Assembly (NCBI GenBank): GCA_964035545.1
Contig: OZ037765.1
Location: forward strand, 14,828,698 to 14,892,697
Direction: 5' to 3'
Source: Bugula neritina
Taxonomy: Eukaryota > Animalia > Bryozoa
DNA length: 64,000 nt
The translations under genes were made by a program, and so were the position numbers. The notes under the pieces were generated by a model, which was not told the origin of the DNA, did not search any database, and saw only the letters and a program-made list of their open reading frames with translations. This document shows, in pieces, positions 1 to 16,200 of this stretch; position 1 is the first letter of the stretch, and each line of letters starts with the position of its first letter.

Positions 1-729
1 GCAACATACTGCAACATACTGAAATACACTGTAACATGTTGAAATACACCGCAACACATTGAAATATACTGCAACATACCGAAATATATGGTAAACTACT
101 GAAATATACGGTAACACATTGAAACATACCGCAAAATACTAAAATACACTGCAACACACTGAAGTATACTGTAATATATATAGAAATGTACTGTAAAATA
201 CTTAAACATACGACAACATACCAAAAAATACACTGCAACATACTGAATTACACTGCAATATCCTGAAATATACTTCAACATACTGAAACAGACCTAAAAA
301 CATTGAAATATACTGAAATACAGTGTAGGATATTGAAATACACTGCAACAATTTGGAATATACAGCAACATACCGAAATATATGGTAACCTACTGAAACA
401 TGTTGCAAACTACTGAAATATACTGCAACATACTGCAACATAATGAAATATACTATAACACACTGGAATAAACTGCAAAATACTGAAATATACTGTAACA
501 TACTGAAACATACTGCAACATACCGAAATATACTGTAACATTCTGAAATATACTGCAAGATACTGCAATATACTGAAATACACAATAACATACTGAAATA
601 CACTGCAACATACTGCAACATACTGACATACACTGGAACATACTGAAATACACTGCAACATACTACAACATACTGAAATACACTGTAACCTACTGAAATA
701 TGCTGTAGCACACTGAAATATACTGCAAC

Positions 730-3700
730 ATACTAAAATATACTGCAACACATTGAAATATACTGCAACATAGTCAAATATAATGCAAGATACTGTAACA
801 TTCTGAAAAACACTGTAACATACTTAAATACACTGCAACATACTGCAACATACTGAAATACACTGCAACACATTGAAATAAACCGCAACATACTTCAATA
901 TACGGTAACATACTGAAATATACTGTAACTCATTGAAAAACATTGCAACATACTGAAACATACTGAAATATGCTGTAGCACACTGAAACACACCGCAGTT
1001 CACTGAAAAATAGTGTAATATACGGAAATGTACCGTAACATACTGAAATATACTGTAACAGACTGAAATGTACTGTAACACACTGAAATATACTGCAACA
1101 TACTGAAATATACTGCAACATACTGCAACATACCGAATTACACTGTAACAAACTGAAATACACTCCAACATACTACAACATACTGAAATACACTGTAACA
1201 TGTTGAAGTACACCGCAACACATTGAAATATACTGCAACATACCGAAATATATGGTAAACTACTGAAATATACGGTAACACATTGAAACATACCGCAAAA
1301 TATTAAAATACACTGCAACACACTGAAGTATACTGTAATATATATAGAAATGTACTGTAAAATACTTAAACATACGACAACATACCAAAAATTATACTGC
1401 AACATACTGAATTACACTGCAATATCCTGAAATATACTTCAACATACTGAAACAGACCTAAAAACATTGAAATATACTGAAATACAGTGTAGGATATTGA
1501 AATACACTGCAACAATTTGGAATATACAGCAACATACCGAAATATATGGTAACCTACTGAAACATGTTGCAAACTACTGAAATATACTGCAACATACTGC
1601 AACATAATGAAATATACTATAACACACTGGAATAAACTGCAAAATACTGAAATATACTGTAACATACTGAAACATACTGCAACATACCGAAGTATACTGT
1701 AACATACTGAAATATACTGCAAGAAACTGCAATATACTGAAATACACTGTAACATACTGAAATACACTGCAAAATACTGCAACATACTGACATACACTGT
1801 AACATACTGAAATACACTGCAACATACTACAACATACTGAAATACACTGTAACCTACTGAAATATGCTGTAGCACACTGAAATATACTGCAACATACTGA
1901 AATAAAATGCAAGTTACTACAACATACTGAAATACACTGTGACATACTGAAATACACTGCATCATACTGCAACATACTGCAACATACCTAAATACACTGT
2001 AACATATTGAAATACACTGCAACATACTGCAACATACTGACATACACTGGAACATACTGAAATACACTGCAACATACTACAACATACTGAAATACACTGT
2101 AACCTACTGAAATATGCTGTAGCACACTGAAATATACTGCAACATACTGAAATATAATGCAAGTTACTACAACATACTGAAATACACTGTGACATACTGA
2201 AATACACTGCAACATACTGCAACATACTGCAACATACTGAAATACACTGTAACATATTGAAATACACTGCAAAATCTTGAAATATACTCCAACACACTGA
2301 AGGATACGGCAACATACTGAAATATACTGCGACACATTGAAATATACTGCAACATACTGAAATATGCTGTAGCATACTGAAATATACTGTAACACACTGT
2401 AATATACTGCAACATACTGCAACATACTGACATACACTGGAACATACTGAAATACACTCCAACATACTACAACATACTGAAATACACTGTAACCTACTGA
2501 AATATGCTGTAGCACACTGAAATATACTGCAACATACTGAAATATAATGCAAGTTACTACAACATACTGAAATAAACTGTGACATACTGAGATACACTGC
2601 AACATACTGCAAGATACTGCAACATACTGAAATACACTGTAACCTACTGAAATACACTGCAACATACTACAACATACTGAAATACACTGTAACATTATGA
2701 ATTACACTGCAACGCATTGAAAAATACTGCAACATATCGAAATATATGGTAAACAATTGAAATATACTGTAACACATCGAAAAATACTGCAACATACTGA
2801 AATATACTGTAACACACTGAAATATACTGCAACATACTGAAATACATTGTAACATACTGAAATATACTGCAACATACTGCAACATACTGAAATACACTGT
2901 AACATACTGAAATACACTGCAACATACTGCAACATACTGAAATACATTGGAACATATTGAAACACACTACAACACATTAAAATATACTGCAACACACTGA
3001 AACATACGGCAACATACTGAAATATACTGCAAAACATCTAAATATACTGCTACATACTGAAACATGCTGTAGCATACTGGAATACACTGCAACACACTGA
3101 AGTATACTGTAATATACAGAAATGTACTGTAACATACTGAAACGTACGTCAACATACTGAAATGTACTCCAACATGCTGAATTATACTGCAACATACTGA
3201 AATACACTGTAATATACTGAATTAAACTGCAACATACTGCAACATACTGAAATAAGCTGTACCATATTGAAATACACTACAACACATTGTAATATACTGC
3301 AACATACTGAACCATACGGCAACATACTGAAATATACTGCAACACATTGAAATATACTGCAACATAGTCAAATATAACGCAAGATACTGTAACATTCGGA
3401 AAAACACTGTGACATACTGGAATACACTGCAACATACTGCAACATACTGCAACATACTGAAATACACTGCAACACATTGAAATAAACCGCAACATACTTA
3501 AATATACGGTAACATACTGAAATATACTGTAACGCATTGAAAAACATTGCAACATACTAAAACATACTGAAATATGCTGTAGCACACTGAAATACACCGC
3601 AGTTCACTGAAAAATACTGTAATATACGGAAATATACCGTAACATACTGAAATATACTGTAACAGACTGAAATGTACTGTAACACACTGAAATATACTGC

Positions 3701-6700
3701 AACATGCTGAAATACACTGTAACATACTGAAATACACTGTAACATATTGAAATACACCGCAACACATTAAAATATACTGCAACATACCGAAATATATGGT
3801 AAACTACTGAAATATACTGTAACACATTGAAACATACCGCAAAATACTAAAATACACTGCAACACACTGAAGCATACTGTAATATATAGAAATGTACTGT
3901 AAAATACTTAAACATATGACAACATACCAAAAAATATACTGCAACATACTGAATTACACTGCAATATCCTGAAATATACTTCAACATACTGAAACATACC
4001 TAAAAACATTGAAATATACTGAAATACAGTGTAGGATATTGAAATACACTGCAACAATTTGGAATATACAGCAATATACCGAAATATATGGTAACCTACT
4101 GAAATATGTTGCAAACTACTGAAATATACTGCAACATACTGCAACATAATAAAATATACTATAACACACTGGAATAAACTGCAAAATACTGAAATATACT
4201 GTAACATACTGAAACATACTGCAACATACCGAAATATACTGTAACATTCTGAAATATACTGCAAGATACTGCAATATACTGAAATACACTGTAACATACT
4301 GAAATACACTGCAACATACTGCAACATACTGACATACACTGGAACATACTGAAAGACACTGCAACATACTACAACATACTGAAATACACTGTAACCTACT
4401 GAAATATGCTGTAGCACACTGAAATATACTGCAACATACTGAAATATAATGCAAGTTACTACAACATACTGAAAAACACTGTGACATACTGAAATACACT
4501 GCAACATACTGCAACATACTGCAACATACTGAAATACACTGTAACATATTGAAATACACTGCAACATACTGCAACATACTGCAACACACTGAAACATACG
4601 GCAACACACTCACATGTACAGCGACACATTGAAATATACTGCAACATACTGAAATATGCTGTAGCATACGGAAACACACTGCAACACACTGAAATATACT
4701 GCAACATACTGCAACATACTGAAATACACTGTAACATACTGAAATACACTGCAACATACTGCAACATACTGAAATACACTGGAACATATTGAAACACACT
4801 ACAACACATTGAAATATACTGCAACACACTGAAACATACAGCAACATACTGAAATATACTGTGACACATTGAAATATACTGCAACATACTGAAATATGCT
4901 GTAGCATACGGAAACACACTGCAACACACTGAAATATACTGCAACATACTGCAACATACTGAAATACACTGTAACATACTGAAATACACTGCAACATACT
5001 GCAACATACTGAAATACACTGGAACATATTGAAACACACTACAACACATTGAAATATACTGCAACACACTGAAACATACAGCAACATACTGAAATATACT
5101 GTGACACATTGAAATATACTGCAACATACTGAAATATGCTGTAGCATGCTGTAATATACTGTAACACACTGTAATATACTGCAACATACTGCAACATACT
5201 GACATACACTGGAACATACTGAAATACACTCCAATATACTACAACCTACTGAAATACACTGTAACCTACTGAAATATGCTGTAACACACCGAAATATACT
5301 GCAACATACTAAAATATACTGCAACACATTGAAATATATTGCAACATAGTCAAATATAATGCAAGATACTGTAACATTCTGAAAAACACTGTAACATACT
5401 TAAATACACTGCAACATACTGCAACATACTGAAATACACTGCAACACATTGAAATAAACCGCAACCTACTTAAATATACGGTAACATACTGAAATATACT
5501 GTAACTCATTGAAAAACATTGCAATATACTGAAACATACTGAAATATGCTGTAGCACACTGAAACACACCGCAGTTCACTGAAAAATAGTGTAATATACG
5601 GAAATGTACCGTAACATACTGAAATATACTGTAACAGACTGAAATGTACTGTAACACACTGAAATATACTGCATCATGCTGAAATACACTGTAACATACT
5701 GAAATATACTGCAACATACTGCAACATACCGAATTACACTGTAACAAACTGAAATACACTCCAACATACTACAACATACTGAAATACACTGTAACATGTT
5801 GAAATACACCGCAACACATTGAAATATACTGCAACATACCGAAATATATGGTAAACTACTGAAATATACGGTAACACATTGAAACATACCGCAAAATACT
5901 AAAATACACTGCCACACACTGAAGTATACTGTAATATATATAGAAATGTACTGTAAAATACTTAAACATACGACAACATACCAAAAAATATACTGCAACA
6001 TACTGAATTACACTGCAATATCCTGAAATATACTTCAACATACTGAAACAGACCTAAAAACATTGAAATATACTGAAATACAGTGTAGGATATTGAAATA
6101 CACTGCAACAATTTGGAATATACAGCAACATACCGAAATATATGGTAACCTACTGAAACATGTTGCAAACTACTGAAATATACTGCAACATACTGCAACA
6201 TAATGAAATATACTATAACACACTGGAATAAACTGCAAAATACTGAAATATACTGTAACATACTGAAACATACTGCAACATACCGAAGTATACTATAACA
6301 TACTGAAATATACTGCAAGAAACTGCAATATACTGAAATACACTGTAACATACTGAAATACACTGCAACATACTGCAACATACTGACATACACTGGAACA
6401 TACTGAAATACACTGCAACATACTACAACATACTGAAATACACTGTGACCTACTGAAATATGCTGTAGCACACTGAAATATACTGCAACATACTGAAATA
6501 TAATGCAAGTTACTACAACATACTGAAATACACTGTGACATACTGAAATACACTGCAACATACTGCAACATACTGCAACATACTGAAATACACTGTAACA
6601 TATTGAAATACACTGCAATATACTGCAACATACTGACATACACTGGAACATACTGAAATACACTGCAACATACTACAACATACTGAAATACACTGTAACC

Positions 6701-9700
6701 TACTGAAATATGCTGTAGCACACTGAAATATACTGCAACATACTGAAATATAATGCAAGTTACTACAACATACTGAAATACACTGTGACATACTGAAATA
6801 CACTGCAACATACTGCAACATACTGCAACATACTGAAATACACTGTAACATATTGAAATACACTGCAAAACCTTGAAATATACTCCAACACACTGAAGGA
6901 TACGGCAACATACTGAAATATACTGCGACACATTGAAATATACTGCAACATACTGAAATATGCTGTAGCATACTGAAATATACTGTAACACACTGTAATA
7001 TACTGCAACATACTACAACATACTGACATACACTAGAACATACTGAAATACACTCCAACATACTACAACATACTGAAATACACTGTAACCTACTGAAATA
7101 TGCTGTAGCACACTGAAATATACTGCAACATACTGAAATATAATGCAAGTTACTACAACATACTGAAATAAACTCTGACATACTGAGATACACTGCAACA
7201 TACTGCAAGATACTGCAACATACTGAAATACACTGTAACCTACTGAAATACACTGCAACATGCTACAACATACTGAAATACACTGTAACATTATGAATTA
7301 CACTGCAACGCATTGAAAAATACTGCAACATATCGAAATATATGGTAAACAATTGAAATATACTGTAACACATCGAAAAATACTGCAACATACTGAAATA
7401 TACTGTAACACACTGAAATATACTGCAACATACTGAAATACATTGTAACATACTGAAATATACTGCAACATACTGCAACATACTGAAATACACTGTAACA
7501 TACTGAAATACACTGCAACATACTGCAACATACTGAAATACATTGGAACATATTGAAACACACTACAACACCTTAAAATATACTGCAACACACTGAAACA
7601 TTCGGCAACATACTGAAATATACTGCAAAACATCTAAATATACTGCTACATACTGAAACATGCTGTAGCATACTGAAATACACTGCAACACACTGAAGTA
7701 TACTGTAATATACAGAAATGTACTGTAACATACTGAAACGTACGTCAACATACTGAAATGTACTCCAACATGCTGAATTATACTGCAACATACTGAAATA
7801 CACTGTAATATACTGAATTAAACTGCAACATACTGCAACATACTGAAATAAGCTGTACCATATTGAAATACACTACAACACATTGTAATATACTGCAACA
7901 TACTGAACCATACGGCAACATACTGAGATATACTGCAACACATTGAAATATACTGCAACATAGTCAAATATAACGCAAGATACTGTAACATTCGGAAAAA
8001 CACTGTGACATACTGAAATACACTGCAACATACTGCAACATACTGCAACATACTGAAATACACTGCAACACATTGAAATAAACCGCAACATACTTAAATA
8101 TACGGTAACATACTGAAATATACTGTAACGCATTGAAAAACATTGCAACATACTAAAACATACTGAAATATGCTGTAGCACACTGAAATACACCGCAGTT
8201 CACTGAAAAATAGTGTAATATACGGAAATTTACCGTAACATACTGAAATATACTGTAACAGACTGAAATGTACTGTAACACACTGAAATATACTGCAACA
8301 TGCTGAAATACACTGTAACATACTGAAATACACTGTAACATATTGAAATACACCGCAACACATTGAAATATACTGCAACATACCGAAATATATGGTAAAC
8401 TACTGAAATATACTGTAACACATTGAAACATACCGCAAAATACTAAAATACACTGCAACACACTGAAGTATACTGTAATATATAGAAATGTACTGTAAAA
8501 TACTTAAACATATGACAACATACCAAAAAATATACTGCAACATACTGAATTACACTGCAATATCCTGAAATATACTTCAACATACTGAAACATACCTAAA
8601 AACATTGAAATATACTGAAATACAGTGTAGGATATTGAAATACACTGCAACAATTTGGAATATACAGCAATATACCGAAATATATGGTAACCTACTGAAA
8701 TATGTTGCAAACTACTGAAATATACTGCAACATACTGCAACATAATAAAATATACTATAACACACTGGAATAAACTGCAAAATACTGAAATATACTGTAA
8801 CATACTGAAACATACTGCAACATACCAAAATATACTGTAACATTCTGAAATATACTGCAAGATACTGCAATATACTGAAATACACTGTAACATACTGAAA
8901 TACACTGCAACATACTGCAACATACTGACATACACTGGAACATACTGAAAGACACTGCAACATACTACAACATACTGAAATACACTGTAACCTACTGAAA
9001 TATGCTGTAGCACACTGAAATATACTGCAACATACTGAAATATAATGCAAGTTACTACAACATACTGAAAAACACTGTGAAATACACTGCAACATACTGC
9101 AACATACTGCAACATACTGAAATACACTGTAACATATTGAAATACACTGCAACATACTGCAACATACTGCAACACACTGAAACATACGGCAACACACTCA
9201 CTTGTACAGCGACACATTGAAATATACTGCAACATATTGAAATATGCTGTAGCATACGGAAACACACTGCAACACACTGAAATATACTGCAACATACTGC
9301 AACATACTGAAATACACTGTAACATACTGAAATACACTGCAACATACTGCAACATACTGAAATACACTGGAACATATTGAAACACACTACAACACATTGA
9401 AATATACTGCAACACACTGAAACATACAGCAACATACTGAAATATACTGTGACACATTGAAATATACTGCAACATACTGAAATATGCTGTAGCATGCTGT
9501 AATATACTGTAACACACTGTAATATACTGCAACATACTGCAACATACTGACATACACTGGAACATACTGAAATACACTCCAATATACTACAACCTACTTA
9601 AATACACTGTAACCTACTGAAATATGCTGTAGCACACCGAAATATACTGCAACATACTAAAATATACTGCAACACATTGAAATATACTGCAACATAGTCA

Positions 9701-9900
9701 AATATAATGCAAGATACTGTAACATTCTGAAAAACACTGTAACATACTTAAATACACTGCAACATACTGCAACATACTGAAATACACTGCAACACATTGA
9801 AATAAACCGCAACATACTTAAATATACGGTAACATACTGAAATATACTGTAACTCATTGAAAAACATTGCAACATACTGAAACATACTGAAATATGATGT
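730..9900 (+). repeat. ~4.6-kb higher-order tandem repeat, two copies (boundaries approximate)
   Basis: Offset 4596 for 1366/5962, 2667/7263 and 3908/8504. The offset drops to 4348 (5309/9657) because copy 2 lacks a 240-bp duplication and has an 8-bp deletion. Confidence 0.85.
4623..5102 (+). repeat. 240-bp (24-monomer) local tandem duplication
   Basis: Lines 4621-4860 and 4861-5100 are essentially identical, including the variant GTAGCATACGGAAACAC. Confidence 0.9.
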
Positions 9901-10279
9901 AGCACACTGAAACACACCGCAGTTCACTGAAAAATAGTGTAATATACGGAAAAGTACCGTAACATACTGAAATATACTGTAACAGACTGAAATGTACTGT
10001 AACACACTGAAATATACTGCAACATGCTGAAATACACTGTAACATACTGAAATATACTGCAACATACTGCAACATACCAAATTACACTGTAACAAACTGA
10101 AATACACTCCAACATACTACAACATACTGAAATACACTGTAACATGTTGAAATACACCGCAACACATTGAAATATACTGCAACATACCGAAATATATGGT
10201 AAACTACTGAAATATACGGTAACACATTGAAACATACCGCAAAATACTAAAATACACTGCAACACACTGAAGTATACTG

Positions 10280-13200
10280 TAATATATATAGAAATGTACT
10301 GTAAAATACTTAAACATACGACAACATACCAAAAAATATACTGCAACATACTGAATTACACTGCAATATCCTGAAATATACTTCAACATACTGAAACAGA
10401 CCTAAAAACATTGAAATATCCTGAAATACAGTGTAGGATATTGAAATACACTGCAACAATTTGGAATATACAGCAACATACCGAAATATATGGTAACCTA
10501 CTGAAACATGTTGCAAAATACTGAAATATACTGTAACATACTGAAACATACTGCAACATACCGAAGTATACTGTAACATACTGAAATATACTGCAAGAAA
10601 CTGCAACATACTGAAATACACTGTAACCTACTGAAATACACTGCAACATACTACAACATACTGAAATACACTGTAACATTATGAATTACACTGCAACGCA
10701 TTGAAAAATACTGCAACATATCGAAATATATGGTAAACAATTGAAATATACTGTAACACATCGAAAAATACTGCAACATACTGAAATATACTGTAACACA
10801 CTGAAATATACTGCAACATACTGAAATACATTGTAACATACTGAAATATACTGCAACATACTGCAACATACTGAAATACACTGTAACATACTGAAATACA
10901 TTGCAACATACTGCAACATACTGAAATACATTGGAACATATTGAAACACACTACAACACATTAAAATATACTGCAACACACTGAAACATTCGGCAACATA
11001 CTGAAATATACTGCAAAACATCTAAATATACTGCTACATACTGAAACATGCTGTAGCATACTGAAATACACTGCAACACACTGAAGTATACTGTAATATA
11101 CAGAAATGTACTGTAACATACTGAAACGTACGTCAACATACTGAAATGTACTCCAACATGCTGAATTATACTGCAACATACTGAAATACACTGTAATATA
11201 CTGAATTAAACTGCAACATACTGCAACATACTGAAATAAGCTGTACCATATTGAAATACACTACAACACATTGTAATATACTGCAACATACTGAACCATA
11301 CGGCAACATACTGAGATATACTGCAACACATTGAAATATACTGCAACATAGTCAAATATAACGCAAGATACTGTAACATTCGGAAAAACACTGTGACATA
11401 CTGAAATACACTGCAACATACTGCAACATACTGCAACATACTGAAATACACTGCAACACATTGAAATAAACCGCAACATACTTAAATATACGGTAACATA
11501 CTGAAATATACTGTAACGCATTGAAAAACATTGCAACATACTAAAACATACTGAAATATGCTGTAGCACACTGAAATACACCGCAGTTCACTGAAAAATA
11601 GTGTAATATACGGAAATATACCGTAACATACTGAAATATACTGTAACAGACTGAAATGTACTGTAACACACTGAAATATACTGCAACATGCTGAAATACA
11701 CTGTAACATACTGAAATACACTGTAACATATTGAAATACACCGCAACACATTGAAATATACTGCAACATAGTCAAATATAATGCAAGATACTGTAACATT
11801 CTGAAACACACTGTGAGATACTGAAAAACACTGTGACATACTTAAATACACTGCAACATACTGCAACATACTGAAATACACTGCAACACATTGAAATAAA
11901 CCGCAACATACTTAAATATACGGTAACATACTGAAATATACTGTAACTCATTGAAAAACATTGCAACATACTTAAACATACTGAAATATGCTGTAGCACA
12001 CTGAAATACACCGCAGTTCACTGAAAAATAGTGTAATATACGGAAATGTACCGTAACATACTGAAATATACTGTAACAGACTGAAATGTACTGTAACACA
12101 CTGAAATATACTGCAACATGCTGAAATACACTGTAACATACTGAAATATACTGCAACATACTGCAACATACCGAATTACACTGTAACAAACTGAAATACA
12201 CTCCAACATACTACAACATACTGAAATACACTGTAACATACCGAAATATATGGTAAACTACTGAAATATACGGTAACACATTGAAACATACCGCAAAATA
12301 CTAAAATACACTGCAACACACTGAAGTATACTGTAATATATATAGAAATGTACTGTAAAATACTTAAACATACGACAACATACCAGAAAATATACTGCAA
12401 TATACTGAATTACACTGCAATATCCTGAAATATACTTCAACATACTGAAACATACCTAAAAACATTGAAATATACTGAAATACAGTGTAGGATATTGAAA
12501 TACACTGCAACAATTTGGAACATACAGCAACATACCGAAATATATGGTAACCTACTGAAATATGTTGCAAACTACTGAAATATACTGCAACATACTGCAA
12601 CATAATGAAATATACTATAACACACTGAAATAAACTGCAAAATACTGAAATATACTGTAACATACTGAAACATACTGCAACATACCGAAATATACTGTAA
12701 CATACTGAAATATACTGCAAGAAACTGCAATATACTGAAATACACTGTAACATACTGAAATACACTGCAACATACTGCAACATACTGACATACACTGGAA
12801 CATACTGAAATACACTGCAACATATTACAACATACTGAAATACACTGTAACCTACTGAAATATGCTGTAGCACACTGAAATATACTGCAACATACTGAAA
12901 TATAATGCAAGTTACTACAACATACTGAAATACACTGTGACATACTGAAATACACTGCAACATACTGCAACATACTGCAACATACTGAAATACACTGTAA
13001 CATATTGAAATACACTGCAAAACCTTGAAATATACTCCAACACACTGAAGTATACGGCAACATACTGAAATATACTGCGACACATTGAAATATACTGAAA
13101 TATAATGAAAGTTACTACAACATACTGAAATACACTGTAACACACTGAAATATACTGCAACATACTGCATCATACTGAAATACACTGTAACATACTGAAA

Positions 13201-16200
13201 TACACTGCAACATACTGCAACATACTGAAATACACTGGAACATATTGAAACACACTACAACACATTGAAATATACTGCAACACACTGAAACATACAGCAA
13301 CATACTGAAATATACTGCGACTAATTGAAATATACTGCAACATAGCTAAATATAATGCAAGATACTGCAACATTCTGAAATACACTGTGACATACTGAAA
13401 TACACTGCAACATACTTCAACATACTGCAACATACTGCAACATACTGAAATACACTGTAACATGTTGAAATACACCGCAACACATTGAAATATACTGCAA
13501 CATACCGAAATATATGGTAAACTACTGAAATATACGGTAACACATTGAAACATACCGCAAAATACTAAAATACACTGCAACACACTGAAGTATACTGTAA
13601 TATATATAGAAATGTACTGTAAAATACTTAAACATACGACAACATACCAAAAAATACACTGCAACATACTGAATTACACTGCAATATCCTGAAATATACT
13701 TCAACATACTGAAACAGACCTAAAAACATTGAAATATACTGAAATACAGTGTAGGATATTGAAATACACTGCAACAATTTGGAATATACAGCAACATACC
13801 GAAATATATGGTAACCTACTGAAACATGTTGCAAACTACTGAAATATACTGCAACATACTGCAACATAATGAAATATACTATAACACACTGGAATAAACT
13901 GCAAAATACTGAAATATACTGTAACATACTGAAACATACTGCAACATACCGAAGTATACTGTAACATACTGAAATATACTGCAAGAAACTGCAATATACT
14001 GAAATACACTGTAACATACTGAAATACACTGAAACATACTCCAACATACTGACATACACTGGAACATACTGAAATACACTGCAACATACTACAACATACT
14101 GAAATACACTGTAACCTACTGAAATATGCTGTAGCACACTGAAATATACTGCAACATACTGAAATATAATGCAAGTTACTACAACATACTGAAATACACT
14201 GTGACATACTGAAATACACTGCAACATACTGCAACATACTGCAACATACTGAAATACACTGTAACATATTGAAATACACTGCAAAACCTTGAAATATACT
14301 CCAACACACTGAAAGATACGGCAACATACTGAAATATACTGCGACACATTGAAATATACTGCAACATACCGAAATATATGGTAAACTACTGAAATATACT
14401 GTAACACATTGAAAGATACCGCAAAATACTAAAATACACTGCAACACACTGAGGTATACTGTAATATATATAGAAATGTACTGTAAAATACTTAAACATA
14501 CGACAACATACCAAAAAATATACTGCAACATACTGAATTACACTGCAATATCCTGAAATATACTTCAACATACTGAAACAGACCTAAAAACATTGAAATA
14601 TCCTGAAATACAGTGTAGGATATTGAAATACACTGCAACAATTTGGAATATACAGCAACATACCGAAATATATGGTAACCTACTGAAACATGTTGCAAAA
14701 TACTGAAATATACTGTAACATACTGAAACATACTGCAACATACCGAAGTATACTGTAACATACTGAAATATACTGCAAGAAACTGCAACATACTGAAATA
14801 CACTGTAACCTACTGAAATACACTGCAACATACTACAACATACTGAAATACACTGTAACATTATGAATTACACTGCAACGCATTGAAAAATACTGCAACA
14901 TATCGAAATATATGGTAAACAATTGAAATATACTGTAACACATCGAAAAATACTGCAACATACTGAAATATACTGTAACACACTGAAATATACTGCAACA
15001 TACTGAAATACATTGTAACATACTGAAATATACTGCAACATACTGCAACATACTGAAATACACTGTAACATACTGAAATACATTGCAACATACTGCAACA
15101 TACTGAAATACATTGGAACATATTGAAACACACTACAACACATTAAAATATACTGCAACACACTGAAACATTCGGCAACATACTGAAATATACTGCAAAA
15201 CATCTAAATATACTGCTACATACTGAAACATGCTGTAGCATACTGAAATACACTGCAACACACTGAAGTATACTGTAATATACAGAAATGTACTGTAACA
15301 TACTGAAACGTACGTCAACATACTGAAATGTACTCCAACATGCTGAATTATACTGCAACATACTGAAATACACTGTAATATACTGAATTAAACTGCAACA
15401 TACTGCAACATACTGAAATAAGCTGTACCATATTGAAATACACTACAACACATTATAATATACTGCAACATACTGAACCATACGGCAACATACTGAGATA
15501 TACTGCAACACATTGAAATATACTGCAACATAGTCAAATATAACGCAAGATACTGTAACATTCGGAAAAACACTGTGACATACTGAAATACACTGCAACA
15601 TACTGCAACATACTGCAACATACTGAAATACACTGCAACACATTGAAATAAACCGCAACATACTTAAATATACGGTAACATACTGAAATATACTGTAACG
15701 CATTGAAAAACATTGCAACATACTAAAACATACTGAAATATGCTGTAGCACACTGAAATACACCGCAGTTCACTGAAAAATAGTGTAATATACGGAAATA
15801 TACCGTAACATACTGAAATATACTGTAACAGACTGAAATGTACTGTAACACACTGAAATATACTGCAACATGCTGAAATACACTGTAACATACTGAAATA
15901 CACTGTAACATATTGAAATACACCGCAACACATTGAAATATACTGCAACATAGTCAAATATAATGCAAGATACTGTAACATTCTGAAACACACTGTGAGA
16001 TACTGAAAAACACTGTGACATACTTAAATACACTGCAACATACTGCAACATACTGAAATACACTGCAACACATTGAAATAAACCGCAACATACTTAAATA
16101 TACGGTAACATACTGAAATATACTGTAACTCATTGAAAAACATTGCAACATACTTAAACATACTGAAATATGCTGTAGCACACTGAAATACACCGCAGTT

